Below are positions 13,614-25,339 of a stretch of DNA of 64,000 nt, in pieces. The notes under the pieces are model-generated. The model saw only the letters and a list, made by a program, of their open reading frames with translations, searched no databases and was not told the origin of the DNA. The stretch covers positions 137,020,001 through 137,084,000 of the forward strand of contig NC_090326.1 of the NCBI RefSeq assembly GCF_035084215.1. The letters run 5' to 3'. This DNA is from Heptranchias perlo (taxonomy: Eukaryota). Position numbers and translations under genes: made by a program. How positions within the stretch are numbered: the stretch's first letter is position 1; each line of letters starts with the position of its first letter.

Positions 13614-13736
13614 AGTGGCAGCTGAAACAGTTGGACAGTTTACATGGATGACTGCAGGCCGACACTTGACAGCACTTTTCCACGCGACAAGAAGAGAAAG
13701 CAGGAGCTCTGGACCTGAGCTCCAATGGTAGAATGA
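13614..13736 (-). other. Candidate frame-preserving cassette exon inside the PH-splitting intron
   Basis: Long pyrimidine tract then caag|, 123 nt open reading frame to ACT|gtatgt (alternative donor gives 93 nt). Two downstream TGCATG motifs. No recognisable homology. Confidence 0.25.
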
Positions 13737-14199
13737 CTTGGTGGAAAGAAGGAAGAAAAGTGAAGTCACAAATGAAATGCACAATAAAAATAGTAGCAAC
13801 AATATTTTCTGGAGACATACAACTAAAATCTCGGACAAAATATTGCAACAAATAAAGCTTTTAATGATTTCCCAAAAAAATAGGTGATAACTAAACTAAG
13901 ACTTGCTACACATTAGTTATATTAGATACAGTACATTAATGCCATACCACATCAATGAAACTATGCAATGTCAGCTTCATACGTGAAAACAGGTCCTCTT
14001 GGATAGCTTCAATATTACCTTGGTTAAAACTGATTTTTAAAAAATTAACTAATTTACTATTGTCATATTAAAGGGAAACTCTTACTTAAATTAGTACAGT
14101 GAAGGAAAGAAAATGAGAAGCACTATTTCCAGTACCCATTAGAAAAAAAACAATTTTTCTCCTTGTGAGCAGTATATTATAGGTTTGCCACATTGTCCC

Positions 14200-15495
14200 T
14201 CAGAAGCAAAACAACCGTGTGGTTAACTGTGAAAATGAATTTGAACAACTCCAGGAGGCTGTAGACAGGTTAATAGATTCAGCAGATAGTTTTTGGATGA
14301 AACTAAATTTTGGAGAATTGTGAGGTAACACATTCTGGGAGGAAGAATAACGAGAGAAAATATACACTAGGCACAGAAGAGCAGAGAGACTTAGGGACTT
14401 CGAGAAACAAATCTTTTTTAAAAAATGGAAGAACAAGTTGTAAAAAAAAGTATGGGATCCTGGGTTTTAGAAATATGACGTAAAGTACAAAAGCAAACAG
14501 GTAATGTTAAACCTATACAAATCATTGGTTAGGCTGCAGTTAAAATATTTTGTCCAGTTTTGGGCACCCTACTTTAGGAAGGATGCCACGGTTATTGAGG
14601 GGGTACTAAAGAGATTTACTAAGGTGATAATATGGATGAGGGACCTTAGGTATTAGAATAGACTGGAGAAACTGTGACTTTTTCACTAGAATGGAATCTC
14701 TAGAATGGAGATCTGATAGAAGTTATGAGGAGTTTTGCTAAGGTAAATAAGGAACAACAATTTTCACTGGTTAATGAGCCAGTAACTAGAGAAAGGAAGA
14801 AAGAATTGCATTTATATAGCGCCTTTCATGACCTCTGGATGTCCCAAAGCATTTTACAGCCAATGAAGTACTTTTGAAGTGTAGTCACTATTGTAATGTA
14901 GGAAACGCAGCAGCCAATTTTGCGCACAGCAAGGTCCCACAAACAGCAATGAGATAAATGACCAGATAATCTGTTTTTAGTGATGTTGGTTGTGGGATAA
15001 ATATTGGCCAGGACACCGGGGAGAGCTACCCTGCTCTTCTTCGAAATAGTGCCATGGGATCTTTTACATCCACCTGAGAGGGCAGACATTTAACGTCTCA
15101 TCCAAAAGATGGCACCTCTGACAATGCAGCACTCCCTCACTACTGTAATGGAGTGTCAGCCTAGATTTTTTGCTCAAGTCCCTCAAGTGGGACTTGAATC
15201 CACAACCTTCTGAGTTGGAGGCGAGTGTGCTACCACTGAGCCACAGCTGACACAAAAAAAGGGTATAAATTTAAGATCACCAAAAGAACAATAGTTGGGA
15301 CATGGAATGCCACAGCAGAAACCGTGGTAGAGGCAGAATCCATAATACCTCTTAAAAGGGAAATACATAAAAATTTGAAAAAGAAAAAAGAAAAAGAAGA
15401 TTGTTGGGAAAGGTCAGAGGAATGGGACTAATTGGAAAGCTCTATCACAGCTCCAGTACAGGCGCGATGGGCTGAATGGCTTCTTTCTGTGCTTT
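14200..15495 (+). mobile_element. Old CR1 LINE 3' region split by a SINE
   Basis: Decayed CR1 RT tail motifs (TTTTGGGCACCCTACTTTAGGAAGGAT; GGGCTGAATGGC at the 3' end). Confidence 0.7.
14792..15252 (-). mobile_element. Full-length tRNA-derived Deu-domain SINE
   Basis: A box TGGCTCAGTGG and B-box-like GATTCAAGTCC on minus strand. Tail GGCGCTATATAAATGCAATTCTTTCTT. Homologous to 2485-2908. Confidence 0.85.
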
Positions 15496-16119
15496 AAAAA
15501 TTGGCACAAGCATTAGTGGCACTCAGTGTTGGCAGGGACTGGTATTCTTCTCAGTCCTGGATGCTGATCCTGGACCTGCTGGTAATGTAAAATTCAGTAC
15601 TGTGTGTATTTCTGTTTATTCAATCTGTAACAAACTTTTACATTGTTGATGATCCTTTCTTTTCCCATCAATTTTCACCCCTCCCCTTTTGAAGTTGTTG
15701 GTTTCTTAGCGGACAGAGGTTCATTGGTGTCAATCACCATCTGGTATGTGCCCATTACTCACGAATGAACCTTGATGGTGAGTACTGACAAGCCATTCCA
15801 TTGGGCAAGCAGTATCACAGCCAAGCCTGTTCCTGTTTGTACACAATGGCCACAAATATGCACTTCTAGCATTGCTACATAGCATCAGTGACCAAGAACC
15901 ATTCTAGTCTCTGCTATCACAACAAGAGCTACTCAGTTACTCATATACCACTTAGATCAGCTGAGTGCCATATGGCTTTGACAGGCAACATGGTGGATCT
16001 CAAACAGGCTGCAAGTGAGAGGGAAACAACAGATATCTCCCAACAGGACAAAGAGAATGAGCAATTATATGCAAGGAGTCTTACAACACCAGGTTATAGT
16101 CCAACAGCTTTATTTGAAA

Positions 16120-16156
16120 TCACAAGCTTTCGGAGCTTTCCTCCTTCGTCAGGTGA
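16120..16156 (-). ncRNA. Minimal hammerhead ribozyme motif in the left PLE terminus
   Basis: Minus strand reads TCAC-CTGACGA-A-GGAG(GAAAG)CTCC-GAAA-GC-TT-GTGA. Confidence 0.8.
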
Positions 16157-16449
16157 GTGTAGGAGGATTCCATAAAGGTACAGCATATATAGTCAGAGAA
16201 CAATGCCTGGTGATTACAGATAATCTTTCCAACTGCCCGTTATCTCACCTCGGCAGAGATATAATCAAAGTAATCAAAGGAATGGAATGGCGTTCAGACA
16301 GAGAAACATTACATACAAGACTACTGAATACACAATCGGTCAGAACACAAAGACAGAGAGAGAGATAGAGAGAGACCCAAAAGACAGAGAAAGAGAGAGA
16401 ATGACCAGTTGTATTAAAAACAGTTAACTTTTTATCGCTGGTGGGGTTA

Positions 16450-17999
16450 CATGTAGCGTGACATGAACCCAAGATCCCGGTTGAGGCCATCCTCATGGGT
16501 GCGGAACTTGGCTATCAATTTCTGCTCGACGATTTTGCGTTGTCGTGTGTCTCGAAGGCCGCCTTGGAGAACGCTTACCCGAAGATCGGAGGCTGAATGT
16601 CCTTTGACTGCTGAAGTGTTCCCCGACTGGGAGGGAACCCTCCTGTCTGGCGATTGTTGCGCGGTGTCCGTTCATCCGTTGTCGCAGTGTCTGCATGGTC
16701 TTGCCGATGTACCATGCTCTGGGGCATCCTTTCCTGCAACGTATGAGGTAGACAACGTTGGCCGAATCACAGGAGTATGAACCATGCACCTGGTGGGTGG
16801 TGTCCTCTCGTGTGATGGTGGTATCTGTGTCGATGATCTGGCATGTCTTGCAGAGGTTGCCGTGGCAGGGTTGTGTGGTGTCGTGGACGCTGTTCTCCTG
16901 AAAGCTAGGTAATTTGCTGCGATCGATGGTCTGTTTGAGGTTGGGTGGCTGTTTGAAGGCGAGTAGTGGAGACGTGGGGATGGCCTTAGCGAGGTGTTCG
17001 TCGTCATCGATGACATGTTGAAGGCTGCGAAGAACATGGCGTAGTTTCTCCGCTCTGGGGAAGTACTGGACGATGAAGGGTACTCTGTTGGTTGTGTCCC
17101 GTGTTTGTCTTCTGAGGAGGTCTATGCGATTTTTCGCTGTGGCCCGTCGGAACTGTCGATCGACGAGTCGAGCGTCATATCCCGTTCTTACGAGGGTGTC
17201 TTTCAGCGTCTGTAGGTGTCCGTCGCGTTCCTCCTCGTCTGAGCAGATCCTGTGTATTCGCAGGGCCTGTCAATAGGGGATGGCCTCTTTGACGTGGTTA
17301 GGGTGGAAGCTGGAAAAGTGGAGCATCGTGAGGTTGTCCGTGGGCTTGCGGTAAAGTGAGGTGCTGAGGTGCCTGTCTTTGATGGAGATTCGTGTGTCCA
17401 AGAATGAAACCGATTCTGAGGAGTAGTCCATGGTGAGTTTGATGGTGGGATGGAACTTGTTGATGTTAACGTGTAGTCTCTTCAGTGATTCTTCGCCGTG
17501 GGTCCATAGGAAGAAAATGTCGTCGATGTATCTGGTGTATAACGTTGGTTGGAGGTCCTGTGCAGTGAAGAAGTCGTGCTCGAACTTGTGCATGAAAATG
17601 GTGGCGTAGTGGGGTGCGAATTTGGTCCCCATGGCTGTTCCGTGTGTTTGGGTAAAGAACTGGTTATCGAAGGTGAAGACATTGTGATCCAGGATGAAGC
17701 GGATGAGTTGTAGGATGGCGTCTGGAGATTGGCTGTTGTTGGTGTTGAGTACTGAGACTGTTGCAGCGATGCTGTCATCGTGGGGGATACTGGTGTCAAG
17801 TGCCGAGACGTCCATCGTGGTGAGAAGTGTTCCTGGTTCAACTGGTCCGTGGGTGCTGAGTTTTTGTAGGAAGTCTGTAGTGTCGCGACAGAAGCTGGGG
17901 GTTCCCTATACGATGGGTTTCAGGATGCCCTCCACGTATCCAGACAGGTTCTCACACAGAGTTCCGTTGCCTGATACGATAGGACGTCCGGGTGTGTTG
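16450..17999 (-). pseudogene. PLE reverse transcriptase plus GIY-YIG endonuclease, 5'-truncated and disrupted
   Basis: RT motifs TMDVSALDTSIPH, GTAMGTKFAP, YTRYIDDIFF, FLDTRI. GIY-YIG region SCDSANVVYLIRCRKGCPRAWYIGKT. Stop at about 17270 and a frameshift in the C-terminus. Confidence 0.92.
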
Positions 18000-19388
18000 G
18001 ACACACGGACCAGTTGAACCAGGAACACTTCTCACCACGATGGACGTCTCAGCACTCGACACCAGTATCCCCCATGATGACGGCATCGCTGTAACAGCCT
18101 CAGTACTCAACACCAACAACAGCCAACCTCCAGACGCCATCCTACAACTCATCCGCTTCATCCTGGATCACAATGTCTTCACCTTCGATAACCAGTTCTT
18201 TACCCAAACACACGGAACAGCCATGGGGACCAAATTTGCACCCCAATACGCCAACATTTTCATGCACAAGTTTGAGCACGACTTCTTCACTGCACAGGAC
18301 CTCCAACCAACGCTATACACCAGATACATCGACGACATTTTCTTCCTATGGACCCACGGCGAAGAATCACTGAAGAGACTACACGATAACATCAACAAGT
18401 TCCATCCCACCATCAAACTCACCATGGACTACTCCTCAGAATCGGTTTCATTCTTGGATACATGAATCTCCATCAAAGACGGACACCTCAGCACCTCACT
18501 CTACCGCAAGCCCACGGACAACCTCACGATGCTCCACTTTTCCAGCTTCCACCCTAACCACGTCAAAGAGGCCATCCCCTATGGACAAGCCCTGCGAATA
18601 CACAGGATCTGCTCAGACGAGGAGGAACACGATGGACACCTACAGACGCTGAAAGACGCCCTCGTAAGAACGGGATATGACGCTCGACTCGTCGATCGAC
18701 AGTTCCGACGGGCCACAGCGAAAAATCGCATAGACCTCCTCAGAAGACAAACACGGGACACAACCAACAGAGTACCCTTCGTCGTCCAGTACTTCCCCGG
18801 AGCGGAGAAACTAGGCCATGTTCTTCGCAGCCTTCAACATGTCATCGATGACGACGAACACCTCACTAAGGCCATCCCCACGCCTCCACTACTCGCCTTC
18901 AAACAGCCACCCAACCTCAAACAGACCATCGTTCGCAGCAAATTACCCAGCTTTCAGGATAACAGCGACCACGAACCACACAACCCTGCCACGGCAACCT
19001 CTGCAAGACATGCCAGATCATCGACACAGACACCACCATCACACGAGAGGACACCACCCACCAGGTACATGGTTCATACTCCTGCGACTCGGCCAACGTT
19101 GTCTACTTCATACGTTGCAGGAAAGGACCAGGCAAGACCATGCAGACACTGCGACAATGGATGAACGGACACCGCTCAACAATCGCCAGACAGGAGGGTT
19201 CCCTCCCAGTTGGGGAACACTTCAGCAGTCAAGGACATTCAGCCTCCGATCTTCGGGTAAGCGTTCTCCAAGGCGGCCTTCGAGACACACGACAACGCAA
19301 AATCGTCGAGCAGAAATTGATAGCCAATTTCCGCACCCATGAGGAGGGCCTCAACCGGGATCTTGGGTTCATGTCACGCTACATGTAA
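18000..19388 (+). pseudogene. PLE reverse transcriptase plus GIY-YIG endonuclease, second arm, disrupted
   Basis: ORFs 17992-18465, 18529-19164 and 19140-19388. CGA>TGA stop at 18463 and a deletion removing the WYIG motif near 19128. Confidence 0.92.
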
Positions 19389-19665
19389 CCCCACCAACGA
19401 AAAAAGGTTATCTGTTTTTAATACAACAGGTCATTCTTTCTCTTTCTCTGCCTTTCGGGGGTCTCTCTCTCTGTCTTTGTGTTCTGACAGATTGTGTATT
19501 CAGTAGTCTTGTATGTAATGTTTCTCTGTCTGAACACCATTCCTTTGATTGCTTTGATTATATCTCTGCCGAGGTGAGATAACGGGCAGTTGGAAAGATT
19601 ATCTGTAATCACCAGGTATTGTTCTCTGACTATATATGCTGTACCTTTATGGAATCCTCCTACAC

Positions 19666-19702
19666 TCACCTGACGAAGGAGGAAAACTCCGAAAGCTTGT
19701 GA
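19666..19702 (+). ncRNA. Minimal hammerhead ribozyme motif in the right PLE terminus
   Basis: TCAC-CTGACGA-A-GGAG(GAAAA)CTCC-GAAA-GC-TT-GTGA, followed by AATAAA. Confidence 0.8.
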
Positions 19703-19972
19703 TTTCAAATAAAGCTGTTGGACTATGACCTGGTGTTGTAAGACTCCTTACATTTGTCCTCCCCAGTCCATCACCGGCATCTCCACATCACAGCAATTAT
19801 ATGGGAGAGTACCTTATATTGACAATGCTTCCCCACAATTATATGGGGGAGCACTTTATATTGAAAATACTGTCCCTCCAGTTATGTTTGTCTTTTCAAA
19901 AAAGTATATATTTCAAACACAAACTCAGTCTTTTAAGTAAACTGTTCACTATTGTGGCAAAAGTAGGTACGG

Positions 19973-20047
19973 TAGCAGAGTGGTTATGTTAACGGGCTAG
20001 TAATCCAGAGGCCTGGACTAATAATCCCGAGTCATGAGTTCAAATCC
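19973..20047 (+). promoter_or_regulatory. Internal Pol III promoter (A and B boxes) at the LINE 5' end
   Basis: TAGCAGAGTGG at 19973-19983 and GTTCAAATCC at 20038-20047. Confidence 0.7.
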
Positions 20048-21488
20048 CGCGACGGCAGCTGGCGAATTTAAATTCAATTAATTCAATAAAATCTGGAATT
20101 AAAATACTAGTATCACTAATGGTGGCCATGAAACTATCGGATTGTCGTAAAAACCCATCTGGTTCACTAATGTCCTTTAGGGAAGGAAACCTGCCGTCCT
20201 TACCAGGTCTGGCCGAAATGTGACTCCAGACCCACAGCATTGTGCTTGATTCTTAATTGTCCTCTGAAATGGCCTAGCAAGCCACTCAGTTGTACAATCT
20301 CGCTACAAAAAGTCACAATAAGAATAAAACCGGATGGACCACCCGGCATCGGACCACTCGGCACCGGACACGACAAAGGCAAACCAAGCCCAGTCGACCC
20401 TGCAAAGTCCTCCTCACTAACATCTGGGGACTTGTGCCAAAATTGGGACAGCTGTCCCACAGACTAGTCAAGCAACAGCCTGACATAGCCATACTCACAG
20501 AATCATACCTTTCAGCCAATGTCCCAGACTCTTCCATCACCATCCCTGAGGTGCAGGTACAGTGATATACAGTCAGGAGGGAGTGGCCCTGGGAGTCCTC
20601 AACATTGACTCTGGACCCCATAAAATCTCATGGCATCAGGTCAAACATGGGCAAAGAAACCTCCTGCTGATTACCACCTACCGCCCTCCCTCGGCTGATG
20701 AATCAGTCCTCCTCCATGTTGAACACCACTTGGAGGAAGCACTGAGGGTGGCAAGGGCACAGAATGTACTCTGGGTGGGGGACTTCAATGTCCACCACCA
20801 AGAGTGGCTCAGTAGCACCGCTACTGCCTGAGCTGGCCGAGTCCTAAAGGACACAGCTGCTAGACTGGGCCTGAGCGGGTGGTGAGTGAACCAACATGAG
20901 GGAAAAACTTACTTGATCTCGTCCTCACCGATCTACCTGTCACAAATGCATCTGTCCATGACAGTATTGGTAGGAGTGACCACCGCACAGTCCTCGTGGA
21001 GATATAGTCCCGTCTTCGCACTGAGGACACCATCCAACGTGTTGTGTGGCACTACCACCGTGCTAAATGGGATAGATTCAGAACAGATCTAGCAGCTCAA
21101 AACTGGGCATCCATGAGGTGCTGTGGGCCATCAGCAGCAGCAGAATTGTATTCCAGCACAATCTGTAACCTCACGGCCCGGCATATTCCTCACTCTACCA
21201 TTACCAACAAGCCAGGGGATCAACCCTGGTTCAAGGAGGAGTGTAAAAGAGCATGCCAGGAGCAGCACCAGGCGTACCGAAAAATGAGGTGCCAACCTGG
21301 TGAAGCTACAACTCAGGACTACATGCATGCTAAACAGCGGAAGCAACATGCTATAGACAGAGCTAAGCGATTCTACAACCAACGGATCAGAGCAAAGCTC
21401 TGCAGTCCTGCCACATCCGGTCGTGAATGGTGGTGGACAATTAATCAACTAACGGGAGGAGAAGGCTCTGCAAACATCCCCATCCTCA

Positions 21489-23174
21489 ATGATGGCGGAG
21501 TCCAGCACGAGTGCAAAAGACAAGGCTAAAGCGTTTGCAAACATCTTCAGCCAGAAGTGCCGAGTGGATGATACATCTTGGCCTCCTCCCGACATCCCCA
21601 CCATCACAGAAGCCAGTCTTCAGCCAATTCGATTCACACCACTTGATATCAGGAAACGGCTGAGTGCACTGGATACAGCAAAAGCTATGGGCCCCGACAA
21701 CATCCCGGCTGTAATGCTGAAGACTTGTGCTCCAGAACTAGCTGCGCCTCTAGCCAAGCTGTTCCAGTACAGCTACAACACTGGCATCTACCCGACAATG
21801 TGGAAAATTGCCCAGGTATGTCCTGTTCACAAAAAGCAGGACAAATCCAATCCGGCCAATTACCGCCCCATCAGTCTACTCTCTATCATCAGCAAAGTGA
21901 TGGAAGGTGTCGTCGACAGTGCTATCAAGCGGCGCTTACTCACCAATAACCTGCTCACTGATGCTCAGTTTGGGTTCCGCCAGGACCACTCGGCTCCAGA
22001 CCTCATTACAGCCTTGGTCCAAACATGGACAAAAGAGCTGAATTCCAGAGGTGAGGTGAGAGTGACTGCCCTTGACATCAAGGCATTTGGCAGAGTGTGG
22101 CACCAAGGAGCCCTAGTAAAATTGAAGTCAATGGGAATCAGGGGGAAAACTCTCCAGTGGCTGGAGTCATACCTAGCACAAAGGAAGATGGTAGTGGTTG
22201 TTGGAGGCCAATCATCTCAGCCCCAGGTCATTGCTGCAGGAGTTCCTCAAGGCAGTGTCCTTGGCCCAACCATCTTCAGCTGCTTCATCAATGACCTTCC
22301 CTCCATCATAAGGTCAGAAATGGGGATGTTCGCAGATGATTGCACAGTGTTCAGTTCCATTCGCAACCCCTCAGACAATGAAGCAGTCCAAGCCCGCATG
22401 CAGCAAGACTTGGACAACATCCAGGCTTGGGCTCATAAGTGGCAAGTAACATTCGCACCAGACAAGTGCCAGGCAATGACCATCTCCAACAAGAGAGAGT
22501 CGAACCACTTCCCCTTGACATTCAACGGCATTACCATCGCCGAATCCTCCACCATCAACATCCTGGGGGTCACCATTGACCAGAAACTTAATTGGACCAG
22601 CCATATAAATACTATGGCCACAAGAGCAGGTCAGAGGCTGGGTATTCTGCGGCGAGTGACTCACCTCCCGACTCCCCAAAGCCTTTCCACCATCTACAAG
22701 GCACAAGTCAGGAGTGTGATGGAATGCTCTCCACTTGCCTGGATGAGTGCAGCTCCAACAACATTCAAGAAGCTCGACACAATCCAGGACAAACCAGCCC
22801 GCTTGATTGGCACCCCATCCACCACCCTAAACATTCACTACTCCCTTCACCACCGGCGCACAGTGGCTGCAGTGTGTACCATCCACAGGATGCACAGCGG
22901 CAACTCGCCAAGGCTTCTTCGACAGCACCTCCCAAATCCGCAACCTCTACCACCTAGAAGGACAAGAGCAGCAGGTACATGGGAACAACACCACCTGCAC
23001 GTTCCCCTCCAAGTCACACACCATCCCGACTTGGAAATATATCGCCATTCCTTCATCGTCGCTGGGTCAAAATCCTGGAACTCCCTTCCTAACAGTACTG
23101 TGGGAGAACCTTCACCACACGAACTGCAGCGGTTCAAGAAGGCGGCTCATCACCACCTTCTCAAGGGCAATTAG
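21489..23174 (+). CDS. Non-LTR retrotransposon reverse transcriptase ORF (561 aa; upstream EN part frameshifted)
   Basis: KAMGPDNIP, NYRPISLLS, QFGFR, ALDIKAF, GVPQGSVLGP, FADD, LGVTID. Confidence 0.9.
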   Translation: MMAESSTSAKDKAKAFANIFSQKCRVDDTSWPPPDIPTITEASLQPIRFTPLDIRKRLSALDTAKAMGPDNIPAVMLKTCAPELAAPLAKLFQYSYNTGIYPTMWKIAQVCPVHKKQDKSNPANYRPISLLSIISKVMEGVVDSAIKRRLLTNNLLTDAQFGFRQDHSAPDLITALVQTWTKELNSRGEVRVTALDIKAFGRVWHQGALVKLKSMGIRGKTLQWLESYLAQRKMVVVVGGQSSQPQVIAAGVPQGSVLGPTIFSCFINDLPSIIRSEMGMFADDCTVFSSIRNPSDNEAVQARMQQDLDNIQAWAHKWQVTFAPDKCQAMTISNKRESNHFPLTFNGITIAESSTINILGVTIDQKLNWTSHINTMATRAGQRLGILRRVTHLPTPQSLSTIYKAQVRSVMECSPLAWMSAAPTTFKKLDTIQDKPARLIGTPSTTLNIHYSLHHRRTVAAVCTIHRMHSGNSPRLLRQHLPNPQPLPPRRTRAAGTWEQHHLHVPLQVTHHPDLEIYRHSFIVAGSKSWNSLPNSTVGEPSPHELQRFKKAAHHHLLKGN

Positions 23175-24501
23175 GGATGGGCAATAAATGCTGGCCTCGC
23201 CAGCGACGCCCACATCCCATGAACGAATAAAAAAAATCTACCTCTTAAATTCCCACAAAATTATCCTTACAATGAGAATATTTCACGGTGAAGTACATTA
23301 GTTTGTAAAAGTAAAATGGTTATATATAGTATCTCAGAGAAGATGACCTCTAATCTGAGCCCAATATTAGAAATCCAGTCCTTTCTCGATAACAAGCCTT
23401 GAAGCCTTTTTTCTCAATGTCAGGTCTTAGTAAGGCTTCTAGGAGTAAGTTGGCACGTATAACGATTCCTCAATTGAACTGTGCCTACCAATGCTTTTAA
23501 CCTCTCCCAAAAACAACAAAAGGCAAAAACCATTGTCTTTCTCTCTCTAGGTAAGATGACAACTTCTTGAATAAACTATACTGTTGAAACTATCTCTAAA
23601 ATGTTCAGCAAAATTTTGGCTTGAATATATTTAAACTATATTGACATTGGAGCTGCCAAGTTTGTGGTAATAAACACCTATATACAGGATAAATGGGGCA
23701 GGTAAAGTTATTTATGAACATGTTTGCACTGAGTAAAATCACCAGCTGTGATGCACATATAGCTATATATTATGCAGCATGATTTTATGGTGTCATTTTT
23801 CTTTTTTAAAGTTAAACAAAACAAAGCACAATATTTCAGAAATCAGTAATGAGATTATATAACGTGATACCGGTTTGATGCTTTCAGCGTGGCGTTGTGG
23901 ATGTTCAGTATACTAGCTACTAACTCATAAGCAGATAATGGGAAGAGTGATGAATTGTGCAAATTAGTAATTGTGACTGTGTTTAAAAAAAATTAAGATT
24001 CTGTTCACAAAAGTGTATAAAATTATATTGTTACACCAATTACACAACTGCTTATTATGTTTGCAGAAATGGCATTTAACAGATGAAACATGCTGTTCTT
24101 TACAGGGCCTGAATTTGCTGGAACGGGATGTTTGTTGAGAACGCCATTAATCGGAGATTTTAGGTCTCTATTTAATTGCACTATATTTGCGCAACAAATT
24201 GCTGGAAGAGTCTCAGGGTTTCCATTCAGAACACACAATTCTACTATAAGTATTAGAAAACCAAAAGTTGTATGTCTCTTTAATTGTTTTTTAAAGAATG
24301 GCTTGAGATGCAAAGGAGTTGACCGTCAGTGGGGGAATGTTAGGTGCTTTCAAGATGTGATCTTTTGTTTGCTAAAGACAGAATCCAAAAGTGAGTCATA
24401 AAGGTCTGTTGCTTTGGGAGACACCCCTTTCAGAGTGGCCAGTTGATGAATTTGACAGCTTCAGTCTCTGGAGAAAATATTCCAATGCCTGAAAAGAAGC
24501 C

Positions 24502-24784
24502 ATGATGTGGAGATGCCGGTGATGGACTGGGGTTGACAATTGTAAACAATTTTACAACACCAAGTTATAGTCCAGCAATTTTATTTTAAATTCACAAGCT
24601 TTCGGAGGCTACCTCCTTCCTCAGGTGAATGATGTGGGGGAATGTTAGGTGCTTTCAAGATGTGATCTTTCAAGATGTGATCTCCACATCGTTCACCTGA
24701 GGAAGGAGGTAGCCTCCGAAAGCTTGTGAATTTAAAATAAAATTGCTGGACTATAACTTGGTGTTGTAAAATTGTTTACAATTG
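24502..24784. mobile_element. PLE terminal hairpin with two hammerhead motifs and captured host DNA in the loop
   Basis: Tail 24503-24536, arms 24537-24637 and 24684-24784, TSD TGAAAAGAAGCC at 24490-24501 and 24783-24794. Hammerhead with CTGAGGA core at 24692-24730. Confidence 0.9.
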
Positions 24785-25189
24785 AAAAGAAGCCGGTCAG
24801 GTTGACACCTCTATCTCATACAAAGCAACCCATCAACCCACCGTTTCCTTGTTTCCCCCCTCAAGGAACGTTGGCTCATAACACACGGGAGCGTGCACAT
24901 AGTGGTGGAGGAATCCCCTTTTTGAAGGAGTTGATGCAGCATGAAGTTTACACCTTTTTTGTTATCATCTGCTTTTACACTGATGGTGTTTGTTGACTGT
25001 TGGTTATTGCACTGAATAAAAGTTCAATTGTTTATTGTTTCAATTCTCCCTGTCCTCCTTTGTGAGATCATTCCACAGAGAAATTGTTCTGGATTTCCTG
25101 GTCCACCTCCATTCCACTGAAGGAACTTCGGGGGGGGGGGGGGGGGGGGAGGGGAGGGGAGGAATATCATTGTCCAAACACCTGAGCCA

Positions 25190-25330
25190 CTAGCTGCTCT
25201 CTGGCCGCTGCCACTGTGCCTTCCTCCAGGAAGCCACGTTGTTGATGATGTGGAATAGTGTCGTCAGCCACGGCTTCAGTGGGTAGGCCTTGTCCCACAG
25301 GATCCGTCCACCTCCTTGTTCCTCCTCGAT
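25190..25330 (-). pseudogene. Short Harbinger transposase remnant next to a poly-G tract
   Basis: GGRILWDKAYPLKPWLTT resembles the GD.GYPL..WL.TP motif. Confidence 0.55.
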
Positions 25331-25339
25331 TAATGTCAA

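Larger units (their letters stand above)
16072..19791. mobile_element. Penelope-like retroelement as a head-to-head inverted pair (3.7-kb fold-back)
   Basis: Minus arm about 16073-17999 and plus arm about 18000-19750 are reverse complements over about 1.75 kb. Single tail to 19790. Duplication AGCAATTATATG at 16060-16071 and 19792-19803. Confidence 0.93.
19966..23236 (+). mobile_element. Near full-length CR1-group LINE (APE endonuclease plus RT) with a tRNA/SINE-like 5' head
   Basis: APE motifs LLTNIWGL, QPDIAILTESYL, YRPPS, VGDFNVHH. RT ORF 21489-23174. 3' end GCAATAAATGCTGGCCTCGCCAGCGACGCCCACATCCC then an A-rich tail. Confidence 0.9.

Noticed and set aside
19792-19870. Two-unit imperfect tandem repeat (CAATTATATGGG..TTATATTGA) at the PLE right flank
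   Set aside because: Only two degenerate units; noted because it slightly weakens the TSD call, but no function can be supported.
19966-20050. tRNA gene
   Set aside because: A and B boxes are present but no convincing cloverleaf or oligo-T terminator; it continues into a retroelement. The same applies to the SINE heads at about 2900 and 15240.
24104-24240. GGGCCTGAATTTGC as a Harbinger-like terminus
   Set aside because: No matching opposite TIR or TSD could be located.
25129-25162. Poly-G tract
   Set aside because: Simple homopolymer of uncertain length; nothing beyond generic G-quadruplex potential.
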